Part shown: one piece after another, positions 38,836 to 53,569 of the stretch | Numbering within the stretch: position 1 is the stretch's first letter | Layout of the letters: every line of letters starts with the position of its first letter | NCBI GenBank assembly: GCA_001938485.1 | Contig: MQRK01209984.1 | Span: 1 to 63,903 of the forward strand | Direction: 5' to 3' | From: Girardia tigrina | Lineage: Eukaryota | Length of the DNA: 63,903 bases | Translations under genes and position numbers: made by a program | The notes under the pieces: generated by a model | The model's input: only the letters and a program-made list of their open reading frames with translations | The model's database searches: none | What the model was told of the DNA's origin: nothing

Positions 38836-40725
38836 ATGGAAATTAATAATTGGATGCATTCTTATGATAGCGAAATTTTTTATAATTCACCTCATCATAA
38901 AGAAATAAATACATTAAAATCAGAAATGAAAATTAATAAACGTCGTAAAAAGTTTATAAAAGGAAATAAAAAAATACAATTTGAATCTGTTTCAGATAGT
39001 TCCAACAGTGATCCAAGTGTAACAAGTGATGGAAGAAAAAGTGAAACTAGAAATGAAACTGTAAGTAATAGTAATTTATCTGCACCAGCAATACCTAAAA
39101 GCGAGCGGAAAGATTATGAGAATCAGCTACAAATGATAAAGAATCAAGAAATGTTAAATTCAAGTGCACGACTCAATCTGTCAAGTTTTGAACCATTACC
39201 GAATTACTATCCATTATTACAACTTAAGGAAATGAAACCTGTCGATCCAAATCGGGAAACTCTAAATTCAGAGGAAAAACAAAAAAAGAGAAGTTGAAAT
39301 AAGAAATCAATGGGGTTTACCAAATAATTATGTTTTTGCTATAAGAACTAAATTCGGTAAAAGATTAACAATAACTGTTTTATTAAATGATAGATATATT
39401 ACAGCTTTAGTTGATATTGGTTCAGCAGTCAAAATTGTCGATGAAAAGATGCTTCTGGCATCTGAAAAATAAATCTGGCACCTTTTATTGAAAGATTACA
39501 ATCAGTTACAGGCCATTATCTAGCAATTGAAGGAACTGTTCAAATGTCAATAAAAATTGGTGGCAAGACTATTACAACAAATGTATTAATTTCAAAAAGT
39601 TGCCCAGAATCACTATTGCTTGGTATGGATGTTTTGCAACAGTTAGAAGATGTTTCTTTAGATTGAAAAAGTGGAAACTTGGTATCTATACCTGATGGAA
39701 AAATCTTGCATAAAGTAACCGATGTGTTTATCAGTGAAAACTTAGAAATTCATCATCAAGCAGAATTATTATATCATGCATACGTAGTCAGTCACATCAA
39801 AGGAGATCTACTTTTTCAACCAAATGAGGAGTTTATGAAGAAATATGATGTTCAAATGTGTAGCGAAATAGTATCAGTCTCACAAAAATCGATACCAGTC
39901 AGGTTTGCCAATTTTGATGTAAAACCGAAAATCATGCAACCACAAACGAGAATTGGAACTGTATCTTTAGTACAGGAAGTAAAAGTTCCAAAAAGTATTC
40001 ATCCAGGTGTAAAAAGATATGATCCACCGGTAGTAACAAGTCCAAATTTAACGGAAAGTCAGAGAGCTAGGTTCACAGCGTTACTTAGAAAATATGATAA
40101 AGTATTCGCAAAAACATGAATATGATTTAGGAAGAACGCATATTATTGAATATGAAATACCATTGTTGGATGAAACTCCGATCAAGCAAAGGCCTTACAG
40201 AATCCCATATGCGTTACAGGAAGAAACTCAAAAACAAATTAAAGGAATGTTAAAATTTGATATTATTCGACCCAGTTTCTCACCATGGGCGTCACCTATT
40301 GTGCTGGTAAAAAAGAAAGATGGATCACATAGATTTTGTGTAGATTATAGAAAATTAAATACAGTAACGAGAAGACACTTATCCTTTACCAATAATTAAT
40401 ACAATGTATGATAAAATGGGAAATTCTGAAATCTTTACGACAATTGACTTACATTGTGGATATTGGCAATTTGGAATAAAAGAAGCAGATAAAATGATAA
40501 CTGCATTTACAGATGACAAAGGTTTATATGAGTTTAATGTTTTACCTTTTGGTCTAACCGGAGCACCTGCATTTTTTCAAAGATCGTTAGATTATACTTT
40601 AATGGATATTAATCATGCTAGAGTCTATATTGAAGATATTATTATTTTCTCAGAAACTTATGAAAAACATGAAATAGATGTCGAACTTATATTGGAAAGA
40701 TTAGCAATGGCTGGATTAAAATGCT
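38836..40725 (+). mobile_element. Second Ty3/Gypsy family: gag tail, protease and RT; truncated
   Basis: Protease ALVDIGSAV at about 39405; IKQRPYRIP; [27 protein letters not shown]; IDLHCGYWQ; LPFGL; YIED (decayed YxDD). Confidence 0.9.
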
Positions 40726-40769
40726 TCTTCTGCTCGTACACCAGTCTTCAAACTAAAAATACTATTATT

Positions 40770-41563
40770 GAGGCCATCAGAAAAAATTTGGGGCAAAGTC
40801 AACAAATCTCAATGATTCTCTATTCTGGTTGAGGATTCAAGTGACTGCTCTAGAACTGAACAACTATTTTTCTCATTAAGGTAAAAAAATATAATCGCTA
40901 CTTATTTTACTTGTGATTTCTGAATAATGTTTTATTTAGGTAAGTTCATGAAGACAACGTACCTAAAGGTTTTTTTTTGAATTTTTCCCATTAGGAGATC
41001 AATCGACCGAGAGAAATACTAACATCATAATAACGGAACTAATAAAAGTTGATACTGATATGAGCTATGTACATGGACAAGGTTACGATGGTGCCAGTGT
41101 TATGAAAGGATGTGTTGTAGATGTTAAAAAACGATTTCGGAATATTTATCCTAAAGTCATTTACGTGCATTGCGCCAGCCACAATCTCAACTTGGTCCTT
41201 GTTAAGGTATCAGATGTATATTTTCTCCGCAGCATGCATGACATCGTGTCCCAATTGTGCAGCTATTTCTCAATCTCTCCAAAAAAAGATCCATTTTTTC
41301 GAAAAATAGCGTATTTCTTGACAACGTTGAATGAAGCCTTTGTGAAAGGCCGTTAATCACGAGAAGATATTTTTATTATTTAAAGCTCTCATTCCTTTCC
41401 ACTGCCATAAAGTTACCGATATCAACTTTGGAAACGCTTTTTAACAGGAACCACAAATACTTAACGATGTCAGTGTAAGTGTGAGTGATTTTCTATGTGT
41501 TAGTATGTGCGTGTGTCATGTTCATCAATATCCCCCCGAAATGAAATCCTGGCTACGCCCATG
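40770..41563 (+). mobile_element. hAT transposase fragment (ZMYM1/DUF4371-like) with a 60-nt intron and right terminus
   Basis: ILVEDSSDCSRTEQLFFSLR, then a GT..AG intron at 40881-40940, then GQGYDGASVMKG...YVHCASHNLNLVL. Ends cctggctacgcccatg, a hAT TIR type. Confidence 0.8.
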
Positions 41564-41589
41564 ATGATGATATTAATATAAATTTATTA

Positions 41590-42769
41590 TTGGGAAATTA
41601 TGGAGTTAAAGTGTTTTCAAGACATTCAGAAAATATATCAGATGAAATAGATTTATTTATTTACGATGATTTTTTGAAATTATTAACGAATAAAACAAAC
41701 AGGTATCATATGCAAAATATGCACAAATATAAATTTGTGAAAAAGATTAAACAATGGGAAGATACAACAATACCCGAAATAAAGAAATTCGTTGGATTGA
41801 ACATTTTAATGGGACTAGTAAGAAAAAACAGCATAAACGATTATCGGTCTACTGATCTACAGATTGAAACACCAATTTTTGGTAAAGTCATGCAGCGAAA
41901 TCGGTTCAGGCAAATAATACAATCGTTGCATTTTTCTAATAATGATGAAATGCCTGAAAACGCAGATATATCCACGTAAGAAAGCCAGAAAGTATTATGG
42001 ATTGCAATATCTATATGAATGGTGTCGATTCATGTCTTATAATCTGATTATAAGAAAAAGTGTCAAATAAACAAAAAAGGCTTTTATGTTTATGTTGAAT
42101 TGTACATTATTTAATTCATTTGTATTATACAAGAAACTGAATCCAACAAAGAAGATCAAATTTTCTTTTTATTTACTAAAAGTTGCTAAATATTAGATCG
42201 AAAATCAAGATAATAATGATTGTTCACAAGTTTCTGGAAGTTCATCGAAAAGAGCCTCTTGTAAAGATCCACCAAGCAGGCTTTCGGGAGATATAAGAAC
42301 CCATATACTTGTAAAACTTCATAGTTCTGTGGAAAAAAGGTTCCTCGGAAACGTTGAAAAGTCTGAAAAACCCACGGCAAAAGGAAAGAAACCTGCTTCA
42401 TGTGTGGATATTGTGAAATTCCTTTATGTGTTGGAAAATGTTTGCAGGACTACCATATTAAAAGAAATTATTACTAATCCAATTTTAAAATTAGATATTT
42501 GTTTGTTTGAATATCTTTACTAGTTATTTGTTTTATTCATGTATTATAGATATGTTACAATAAACTTGTTAATTATTTTTTTATATGCATTTTGTTTATA
42601 GCTTTATTATTTTCTAAGATTTAAACAATTAATACTATTAATTTAAGCCCCATGTTTGATATAAACAATAGCGGCTCTGGGCTATATATCGCACCGTATA
42701 TTAGCGGTATTCAAACAAGGTCCGGCTTAACGCCGTGTGGAGTAAGAATTTTTAGCGGCTAGTAATGAG
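41590..42769 (+). mobile_element. piggyBac (PGBD4-like) transposase fragment with 3' end
   Basis: EIKKFVGLNILMGLV...MQRNRFRQIIQSLHFSNN; YMNGVD; C-terminal CGYCEIPLCVGKCLQDYH. Ends ...aatgag|TTAA. Confidence 0.85.
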
Positions 42770-42950
42770 TTAATATAATTACAGAATATGCATAAGAGAT
42801 TCAAACTCGTATATTTATAAATTTGGTAGTAACCACCGGGCAGACAACACAAGATTTATTTTGAAATTAAAACTAGCAACCCGTTCGATGTATTTTAATA
42901 AAGACCGAATTGGAATACGCTACATTATTATCAAGGATCATTATTATTTA

Positions 42951-43296
42951 AATAGTAAATCAAAAAATTAAATTTTATATCCATTCTTTATGCAGACAGA
43001 ACTCTATTTTCCCCACAAAAGTTTTTAATATTTAAAAAATTTTAATTAAAAAAACAATAAAAATTAATATAAACTACTTATAATTTATAAGTAGATATCT
43101 TTCAATTAAAATTGTTCGGGAACTCCGAATTTTCCGTTTTTTTCCCATTTTGGGAAAGTTTTTTCGATCAAATTTTTACATAATCATTAATGTCATCGAT
43201 AATGAGTAAGTGTGCAAAGATTGGAGAAAATCAATTGAGTAAAAGGCCTTCAAAAACAGGATTCTAAATTCCATGGATATATATACATATATATAG
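42951..43296 (+). mobile_element. Helentron/HINE-like repeat, copy C (longest)
   Basis: Homologous to copies A and B; ends in ...ccatggatatatatacatatatatag. Confidence 0.65.
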
Positions 43297-44314
43297 AAAG
43301 TAAGCTAATAAAAAGAATGGAAAAATGAGAATTTGAATTAAATAATAAATCCTATAACAAAAATATATTTATTTTATTGGATATGAATAAAATATTATAG
43401 TAAGTGAAAAATTAGAACAAAAAAGTGGAAATTTATTTAAATTAATTTCTAATAAAATTAAATGAAATAATGATTTATTGAAAAAGAATTCAACGAATTA
43501 AGAATTAAAATAAAATTGGTTTGTTCACATAAATTACTCTCAAATTTGATGGCGATAAATGATGTACTTTAAGTAATTGTAGCAGTTTAGATAAACAAAT
43601 ATTTGCTGACTTAAATAAAACAAATTACTTCTACTCTAAAACCAATTTGACAATTGGAAAAATAGAGATTTATAGAAATATAAAATTTGAGTATTGAAAA
43701 AAAATAATTAATTTATAAAAATCGTGACATGTTTAGAAAAAAAAGATAAATTTTATATAAAAATATAAAATATCGTTTGATATATATTTCAGATGAGTGT
43801 CTCATTCTTTCAAGTTAGATGGAAGAGTGTATTTTATGTGGATTATTTTATTATTCTAAATTTTTTTATGAAAGTTGATATCTGAAAGATGTATCTTTTT
43901 GATTGGTAAAACCCTTCAATAAGGAGTTACAAATGATTTAAAAGACAATTATAAGTTCAAGCTACGTATTCAAGCATAGGTGCCCCCATGATTTTTACCA
44001 GGGAAGGGGACAAAAAAAAGTTTCTAAGGTAGAATTTTTCTAGTGGGCATAATTAAAAACTTCTACTGGGTAGAAGTTTTTGATAAGAACAATTTATTTA
44101 TTTATTCAGTTTCGTTCTCATTAAAATTAAAATTTTAAAAACATAAATCACATTAATAAACAACAACATTCACAATAAACGACATTACAAAGAAAATATT
44201 CAAATCGATAGTTATCAGAGCACTCATTTTGTTTCAAAAGTATTTGTCATAGGATATTATTCCTAAATAAGTTTTTGTACACCATTTATTTTTCCGGTCA
44301 TCACAGAGCAAAAA

Positions 44315-44495
44315 TATGAGGAATATTTCGTATATAGATGTTTTGTGCAGTGTTTGTATGTTTAAATGTTGTGTGTTGATTTGGGATTGTGTCTCTCCTA
44401 ATCAGATGGATGATTAATATTTGAATTCTTATAATCTGAAACTAATTTATTCAAATTGAGATTTAATATTCATATTTTTAATTTATTATTGTTTA
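44315..44495 (+). mobile_element. Gypsy LTR 5' fragment (TGTGAGG family)
   Basis: TATGAGGAATATTT...gatttgggattgtgtctctcctaatcagatgga; colinear with the 59664 copy for about 180 bp. Confidence 0.8.
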
Positions 44496-45420
44496 AAATA
44501 TACTCTCAGTGAGGCTATACTTTAAACTGTAAAAATTGGAGTTAGTTAGGTTTTTTTATTTTTATATTTAACTAATTAAAATACAGTTGATTATTATAAG
44601 CGATAGAATGGGGATATTTGATTGTAATAATACCGCAACAAAGAAATATCTAAAATAAAAAAAATCTTAATTTTAATAACAAATTTGTATTAACAAAATT
44701 ATATGAAGTAAATATATACAATATGTTTTATATATAGGATGAAATATTGTTAAGTAATAATGCTTCGTTGAAAAAACGAGACAATGTCTATAATTGTAGA
44801 GAGAAGATTCAGTCTGAACAAATTATCAAATGGAGATAAAGATTTTGTGGAGTAATATCTATGGTTTGTACAGTGGTAGTTGAAGATTAAAATAAAGTAT
44901 CACTTGGTACATATAGAATCGAAACTATATCAGTTGCAATCTACTAGAAATAGGTGATTAACTATTATTTTTGATAACTGGAGTTATAGCTAGCTTGTTG
45001 AACCATTAGAAATATATTCAAAATAAAATTTACTTGTTATCCATTGATAATATTTGAGAAATTTGGTAAGATAACAAATATATCGGTATAATATTTAGTA
45101 ATTTGATTAGTACACAAATAGATCTGCTTATTTGATATACTAGAGGAATTGTTATGAAATAAATGGAAAGAGGACGAAATAATGAGTACTCACTGAAATT
45201 TACACGAAATTTGATGCGGAAATGACTATGGAAATTGTGTAGTGAAAACTAAGTTTTTTGAATTATTTCGTGAATTGTGCAACTTGTTATCGTGTTCCTT
45301 TGATATCTTTATTAGTTCCCGTTTAATATAAATTTTTCGTAAATTTGTCAAGTTTCGAATTTATATGTGAAATAACATTTATATTGGCTTTTTTCATAGT
45401 TTTATCAACAGAATTTCTGA

Positions 45421-46316
45421 ATGGACTTCTTTACTAAAAAATTGCTTTGTTTACATTCAAATTTTACATCAACATCTGCAGTTCGTGCAAGTTTACAGTT
45501 GCATATACCACGCACAAGTTTACGTAGAATAATGAAGGATATTGAGTTGAAAGTTTGGCGACCTCGTTTGCTCCATCAAATGAATGATGACGATTATGAC
45601 AGGTGCATAGAATTTTGCGAATGGTTACAGCAACAAATCCATGAGAACATTGACATCAGAGACAGAATAATTTGGACCGACGAAGCTTCATTTAATTTAA
45701 ATGGTCACGTTAATTTGCATAATGCCGTGTACTACTCCACTGAGAATCCTCATCTGGTATGGGAGACCAACAATCTTTCTCCAGGAATTTGTGTCTTAGA
45801 AGGAATACGTTCAACTGGTGTGCTGGGTCCATACTTCCTTGATGGAACGATCAATTCTCAGCTATATCTCGACATGCTGCGTGATTTTGCCGTACCTCAG
45901 TTTGACACAGATAACGACGTTTGGATGCAAGACGGTGCTACCCCTCATTATGGTAGAAATGTACACGACTTTTTGGATAACACTTTTGAGATGTGGATCG
46001 GCAGGAGAGGAACCACTGAATAGCATCCACGATCACCGGACCTGACACCTTGTGATTATTCAATGTGGGGTATCCTGAAGGAACGCGTTTACTCACAAAA
46101 TGTTCTAACCATATCCGAGTTGAAGGAAAGAATTACTACAGAATTTGCAGCCTTGAACAACGATAAAGACTTGTGCCGACGAAAGATAAGATTTAATTGT
46201 TTTCAAGTTTTTGTTTTGAAATTATTATTGTAGGCTGATTAAATAAAAGTTGCATCATTTAGAATTTTGTGTTTATTATTATTAAAACTGGGTAAAGCGA
46301 CTTATGGCCACCCCTG
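45421..46316 (+). mobile_element. Tc1/mariner rosa-like (DD41D-type) transposon, 5' TIR not found
   Basis: IIWTDEASFNLNGHVN; WMQDGATPH; *HPRSPDLTPCDYSMWGILK. I count 40 residues between the second and third Asp. Ends cttatggccacccctg|TA. Confidence 0.88.
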
Positions 46317-46334
46317 TATGTATACATTTTACAT

Positions 46335-46525
46335 TGTGAGGAATGTTGATGTTTTATGTTTAAATGTTGTATATTTTTGAAAGAATATTTAGGTTCAAAT
46401 TAGTTCAGATTATGAGATAAAGATATTTAATCTTTTTGAACGATGTCTATGTATGAAAACTTTTCTACGGATTATCTCATGGATGATTCGAATTGTGTTT
46501 ATAACGAAAATTATAAATTATTTTA
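46335..46525 (+). mobile_element. Internally deleted LTR of the TGTGAGG family
   Basis: TGTGAGGAATG...tatgtttaaatgttgt, then ttagttcagattat...GAACGATGTC as in other copies. 3' end uncertain. Confidence 0.6.
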
Positions 46526-47019
46526 TTTTGCATATGGTAGATATTATTTATAAATAATATGATAGATTTCTGTAAATTGCCCATGAAAACGATTCATATC
46601 ATTAATAAAATTTTAAATATTGAAATATATTTAAAATTACGAAGAAATGTTTTGGTTTAAATTATGTTATTTAGTGTAATTATTTTGAAATTATCAATGA
46701 ATGTAAATCACTATTAGTCCCCTTAATATTTTGGTAAATGACAGATAGTGCTAAGTGCTTATACATTTCCTTGAGATTTCGATCATTTCATTTTTCATAT
46801 GATAAGAATAATATGGTTGTAGGATTTTTTTATCATATTTTTTTCATTTTAGATTCAATATCCGCATATTTCTGTATCAAAAGTTTTGCTTGAAAATGTC
46901 TACTAGAAAATATAATTATATTTATTCTTTTTAATAAAAATGCAAAGGCTTTAGATCGAAAAAGGCACAAGAAAGTGAGACACTACTACTAAACTATAAT
47001 CGTCTTTAAACAATAGAAA

Positions 47020-49914
47020 TTGGAGGGGGTAGGGCCCCAAATTCAATGGTCCGCCCCTGCGACTACCACACGCAATTCAGTACCATATGTCCACAACACA
47101 ACTGCGTTCCGTCAAACAACTCATCCTTGCACCCCTCCTATTCCCAGTACCCTACCACAGTGCCAAACTCACTATGCTCTGCATTCTTCGGGGCGGCGGC
47201 TCATGTAGTGTTTTAAAAAATTCATCGACATTTTTTGTTTAAGAGCACTAATAGAAATAATTAAAGGGGCACAATTTTTAAATTATAAAACTATGTCGGT
47301 AAAAATAAATGTTTTGCAAATGACTTTTTATTTTTGTCTCAATTTTTATTTCCTGCTCAGATGAAATCGGTCGGACCAGATCTACCACCGCATCATTCGG
47401 CGGAGCGGAACCCGGATAACTAACTCGGATTCATCGAGTAGACGATCGACCGACGTGACGCCACCGTTGAAACGATACACCCATCTTTCCGGACACTGAG
47501 TCCCGGCACAATTAAGAGGTACTTGTCGCCGCCACTTTGTCCGGCAGCCGACACCTCAAATCGTTTTAAACCTAAAATTATCTAATATTTTAAATTATAA
47601 AACATATTTCTACTCTTAAATTTCTTCTACTATATTACACAGAAGGACCTTCTTGTCATAAATATTGCGTTTTGGGGTGGAGTTTGATGGAGTTCCGGGG
47701 TCTACCCATTGCCTTGGATTATCATAATACACCCATTTCTCGTCTTTAGTGACGATTCTCCATAAAAAAGATTTTCTTCGGTAGTGGGTGAGGTGAACCA
47801 TGGCGATATTCATCCTATTGTCCTTATTTCGGGAAGAGAGAGCATGTGGGACCCATCTTGTTGCTTTCTGCACATTTTCTAGAGCTTTCAGATCCAGTAG
47901 GACTGTCGACTAATTAACGTTGACGCACTTGGCCAGTTCACGAGTTGACTGTCCATCATCCTCTTCTAAGAGAACCAGAGGCTCTTCGTTCTCCATTTCT
48001 TTCGGTCTACCACTTTGTGGTTGGTCATCCAGGTTGAATTCGCCCTTCTTGAACTCGGCGTACCATTCTTTGATCTTCGCAAGGCCAACAGAACCTGTAC
48101 CATATGCTTGGTAAATTTCGTCCTTCGCTTGCGAAGCCTTTTGTCAAGATTAAACATAAATAATATACAGTGGCGTATGTGATTTTTATTGGTATCCATT
48201 TTCAGAATAACAAAAAAATTAACGCGTGGATTTCGGGGACAATTAAAGAATTATATCCCTTTTTTATCAAAGGTCGCAAACTTATGCATCGACCTATAAT
48301 TATATAGAAACTTGGATAATAATTAAGATTATTTTACATTTAATTTTTTAACTCTGGTCAATTTTAAATACTCGATTTTATTTGAATTATAAATTTTTTA
48401 AATAAAAGATCAGCATGCAAATTTAAATTTGTATTATTGTTAATCAATTTCAACAATTTAATCATCGTTAACAAATCAAATAAAAACTGAAAGGAAAGTT
48501 GTTTATAAAATCTTATTACTAAATGGGAAATGTAATCAGAACCAAATGTAAACATTTCTGATAACGTTTTCGATAGTAACATTTTGTTATTACTTTTAGG
48601 ATTCAAGCCCAGTAGAAAATCAAAGGATTTTTTGAAATATGTCAGATGCTACGTGTATATAATTATATGACAGAAATATCAACAAATCAGAGGCAGGCAA
48701 TCACACTTTTATCATGTGATTAATTAAATAAATAAAATTCTTTGGTTTTATTTATGTAAATATAAATTAGTTTGCCTTTATCACTTGTTTAATTAAATAT
48801 TCTTTAGTTTCATAAAACTCTAGTTTTCTACTAATCACCCTTAAAACCATATAAAATGTTTAATGTATCAGTCTCTCCGAATAACATTTAAATTTAATAT
48901 ATAGTATCTCAAACTTAAAATTTGTATTTCACTTGCTATGTTCTCTATGATAAGAAAAACTTAACTTCATCATATAAATTATCCTTATTTCTAAAACAGA
49001 TGCCGAAAGATCTTCTTTTTACCTGAATTTACATTCTAAATGTAAATTTTGTGTCAAAATCCAAAAGTAATGCTTAAAGTATCGAAGATTTGTGGGGAGA
49101 ATTGCTTTCGCTTTTTGAGAATGTGATAAAATCTTATAAAAATATTGTTTATAATATCATAAATATAAAAGCAAATGATGTTGTGACCACAATTTATTAT
49201 ATATCTATCGTAAAAATTTTCTCACAATAATAAAATTTTATCGTTGATAAAATTTATAAAAAAACTAAAACTAAAATCAAAATTATCAAATTTAATTAAT
49301 TTTATCAATTGTAATTTTTTAATTACCACTAATATGTAAAATTTTATCGGTGATAAAATTTATAAGAAGCAAAACCTGGTAACTAAATAAAAAAATAAAA
49401 TGCGAAAGAAAAAAAAGCGGAATTAATCGATAACAAACAGAACAGATAACAAAAAAAGAAAAGAAAAAATTCGGAACTCAATGTAATAAAAATTAATGAA
49501 AATATGTTGGTTAAATATGTGTGATTTAAAATAAAATTTTCTTATTTGCTTGAAAGCGCGATATTTTCCCTGCCTTTTTCTTTTATCGATTATTCTTTGT
49601 GGTGAATTCTACAATCGTGTAGAAACCGTAAAAAGATGAGAAAAAATTCAACTGATGGCGAAACACCTGGGGGACGATTGGCAACGAAAACCGCTCGTAA
49701 ATTCCCCCAATCGACCGACGGTGTCAAAACGCCGAATTGACGTCGTTCTGAAACCCTAGGGCCAGAGGGCGGCCCCCATAGCATCCCAATGCCATCCGAC
49801 ACCGGTAATTTATCGTTATTGTCGAACCGTTTCCCCCGATTCAAATTTAAGGGTCACTGGTTGGTGATTGGACCCGTTGAGTTTCCATCGAGACGGCGCA
49901 GTGTCCCCACTACA
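47020..49914 (+). mobile_element. Probable 3' end of another LTR retrotransposon: polypurine-like tract plus a long LTR (47204-49914) with insertions
   Basis: ttcggggcggcggctca|TGTAGTG at 47204 and the complementary CACTACA ending at 49914. GC-rich blocks at 47350-47560 and 49630-49914. That both ends belong to one LTR is inference. Confidence 0.45.
47630..48296 (-). mobile_element. mariner 5' half with TIR
   Basis: MDTNKNHIRHCILFMF; RWVPHAL; RIVTKDEKWVYYDN. TIR-like TA|taggtcgatgcataagtttgcgacc on the minus strand. Confidence 0.88.
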
Positions 49915-52900
49915 TTGATTAAATAAAAACAAAAAATGTACATATAATTTAGTCGATAACTTACACAGAATTGTCGTACAAAAATCGTATGACATGAATT
50001 TTTAGTTTTATTTTTTAAGCACTTTTCATATACCTTCACTGTATTTCATCTTGTCAAGAATGAGCCATTTACTTTTGCCTATATCTCAGCATTTAGACCA
50101 CATAGAAACTTCAAATTTTCACTGAATGATNNNNNNNNNNNNNNNNNNNNNNNNNNNNNNNNNNNNNNNNNNNNNNNNNNNNNNNNNNNNNNNNNNNNNN
50201 NNNNNNNNNNNNNNNNNNNNNNNNNNNNNNNNNNNNNNNNNNNNNNNNNNNNNNNNNNNNNNNNNNNNNNNNNNNNNNNNNNNNNNNNNNNNNNNNNNNN
50301 NNNNNNNNNNNNNNNNNNNNNNNNNNNNNNNNNNNNNNNNNNNNNNNNNNNNNNNNNNNNNNNNNNNNNNNNNNNNNNNNNNNNNNNNNNNNNNNNNNNN
50401 NNNNNNNNNNNNNNNNNNNNNNNNNNNNNNNNNNNNNNNNNNNNNNNNNNNNNNNNNNNNNNNNNNNNNNNNNNNNNNNNNNNNNNNNNNNNNNNNNNNN
50501 NNNNNNNNNNNNNNNNNNNNNNNNNNNNNNNNNNNNNNNNNNNNNNNNNNNNNNNNNNNNNNNNNNNNNNNNNNNNNNNNNNNNNNNNNNNNNNNNNNNN
50601 NNNNNNNNNNNNNNNNNNNNNNNNNNNNNNNNNNNNNNNNNNNNNNNNNNNNNNNNNNNNNNNNNNNNNNNNNNNNNNNNNNNNNNNNNNNNNNNNNNNN
50701 NNNNNNNNNNNNNNNNNNNNNNNNNNNNNNNNNNNNNNNNNNNNNNNNNNNNNNNNNNNNNNNNNNNNNNNNNNNNNNNNNNNNNNNNNNNNNNNNNNNN
50801 NTTATAAATAAAAGCTAGAAAATGATCAGAAATTCCTCTTTATCATTTCAATTCAAATTTCAAAAAAAAAATAAAATAAAAATTCTTTAAAATAAAAAAA
50901 AATCAATGATTTTAAAAATTTTTTAAAATAAAAAAAATCAATGATTTGAGCCGCACTTTTCTTCGTTCGTGGTGTCATTTTCTTGGAATAATTGAAAACT
51001 GAGGGTACACTAAAATTGTCTTTTCTGACCCAGAGAAGTTATTTTGTCCTTTTGAGTGCATTATGAAAAGTGCTTAGTATTTTTTTTAAAATTCTGTTAT
51101 TTAACATAATTACATTTCGAGATTCATTTGTCGTGATAAAAATAATTTCATTCTCCGTTTCACTAAAAATTAGAAAAAAAAACAAATAACACAGCAATAT
51201 TAAATTCAATTTCAAAGAAATTTAAATATAATTATATATTAAAAATAAGAGTCATTATAATTAATAAAAACATATTTAAAAGTGTTGTGTATTTAATTTA
51301 AATTTGATTTTGAACACAAAAATCAGAAGGATTTGTTTGGTGTTCGGCGCTCAATTATCTGACCCAACGTTTAAACCCGATGAACTCTTTGACTCCAATA
51401 AATAACAAAGTTTCTTCGATAATCGTTTATTTCAATATACAATTACAATTTTGAGCAAAGGTTTGTACAACTTTTGAATGATTGGAGGCGAAATTATAAG
51501 GTGCTATACAGCTTAGAATATATTAAAATGATTCTCAAATCCTATACAGGAATTTTGTTAATTTTTTTTGATTTTCAAAATTTGCTTTTTTATTAATTTT
51601 AGCCTTTTATTATTATTCTCCTTTTGTATAAAAATATTGCTCTATTTATACTAGAGCTACAATATATATAATAAATATTTTAAATAAAACTTTAATTAAA
51701 AAAAATTTTTTTAAAAGAAATTATTTTATAAATGCCATTAAGGCCGTAAATTTTCCAACTAGGCCATTAAGGCCGTGAATAAATCAAATTAAGGCATTCG
51801 TTCTATCAATGGGCCCACCGACCAATGGCCTAATGCCAATTTCCATTGGTCGTTTGATAGGCCGATTTAACAAAAAGGGAAACATTTCCCACAATTTTCA
51901 TTATTTAAAAATTTGAAAGGTTAGATTTTTTTGTATAGTTGTTTTTTTATATTTAATTTTATAAATATATATTTTTTATTTTTTTTATTATAATTTTCAG
52001 GTAAAATTATAGGCTCCCAAAATTCGGAGCCATCGCAGGGAATGAGGAGAAATAGTTCCTCATTCCATGGGATGACCGAAAGAGGAGCCTTAAGCTTCAA
52101 TATAAAAAAAATTTTTTTAAAACCTCAACAAAAGTTGCTATAAATAAAACCAAATTAAAATAAAAAAAATCTTTTTATTTTTCAACAAAGCATATGATAT
52201 ATTACTTTTGTTGCTTGAATAATGAAAAAAATAATTTTTTATTTTCCAAATGTACATATTAATGCCTCAGGTTGTTTTTGGACCAATAAGGAACATTTTG
52301 CGTATTTACATTTGTGAATTACTGTTGTTGTTTGAATATTGTTGTTTACGCGGTTGAATTGAAATTAGAATGAATTGTTATAAATAAATTTTCCTGAATT
52401 TTGAATCCTTCTCATAAGCTATCGCGGCATGTCCAAAACAACATTTCCAGTGCAGTTTGCTTGCTTCACGGAACTGATGATTTCGAGATATAGTGCCAAA
52501 ATTTTGAGTCTACCGTGGCTATCTGTAAAGTGGACAAAGCAACGTCTATTCCAATGTTGGAGCAGGTCCTTTCTTTGATGTTTCTTCTTTGATCATTTCT
52601 ACTCTCGTCATATCTCCTCCGGTTATTAAGATTATGTCATCTTATGTTAGGGTTTCGAAAAATACATATGAGCACTTTTGATAAAATTTTATATAGAAAA
52701 AAATTTTAAATAATTTGGTAAAATTATTAATTTCAAATAAAATAATATTTAGTTTAACAAAACTTGGAATTAAAAATTATAAATATTTTAGTCTTTGTTT
52801 TACTTTATCAATTTTCAAGGCTGATGAAAAATACTATATAAACAGCAGCAAATTTAGTTTTAGTTTGCCCAAAAATTTACCTAAAAAATTCTCGTAAATG

Positions 52901-53569
52901 AAACAAGTAACGTGAATACAAAATTTATTTTATTTTTATTTTATTCTTTTAAAATATTATTTTGTGTTAAACCAAAAGTATCCCGTATGGGAGAAAAAGG
53001 TTTACTTTAAAAAATGTACAGTATCGTTCGTTTTGGGAGATTCACAGCTTTTACTGTAATCTGTTAACTCGCACGAAATATTGATTTGTGTTTGTATTCT
53101 GTCATCAAGAATTGAATTATTATTATTATTTTTGACTTGTTGTTATTTGTTATTTGAAATAAAGTCTCATAAAAGAATTTGTGTTCATTATTCATATATT
53201 TATGCTGGAAGTCCTACTGATTAATTGTAATTAGATTAACGATTAAAGATTTAAGATTTGTGTATAAAAAGTAAATAATTATATTAAAGATTTCTAATAC
53301 CCAACACTTATATTTAGATTTTGTCATTAATATGAAGTATTTTTCATTTTATAATATCATTTTTTAATTGTTATTTGGTTATTTTATGTTAAACGTCTGA
53401 GAAGAAACGTCGGAGGAGAAACGATAGGTACCCTCTATTGCTGCTAGAGTATATAACCTTTTAACTTTTGTTTAGATGCGAAGCAGAGATCATAATTAGA
53501 TCTTTTGGTCTACAAAAGTATGGTGATTATTTTTTAGTAATTTAGTGTTTTATTACTTTTGAAGTTTAG

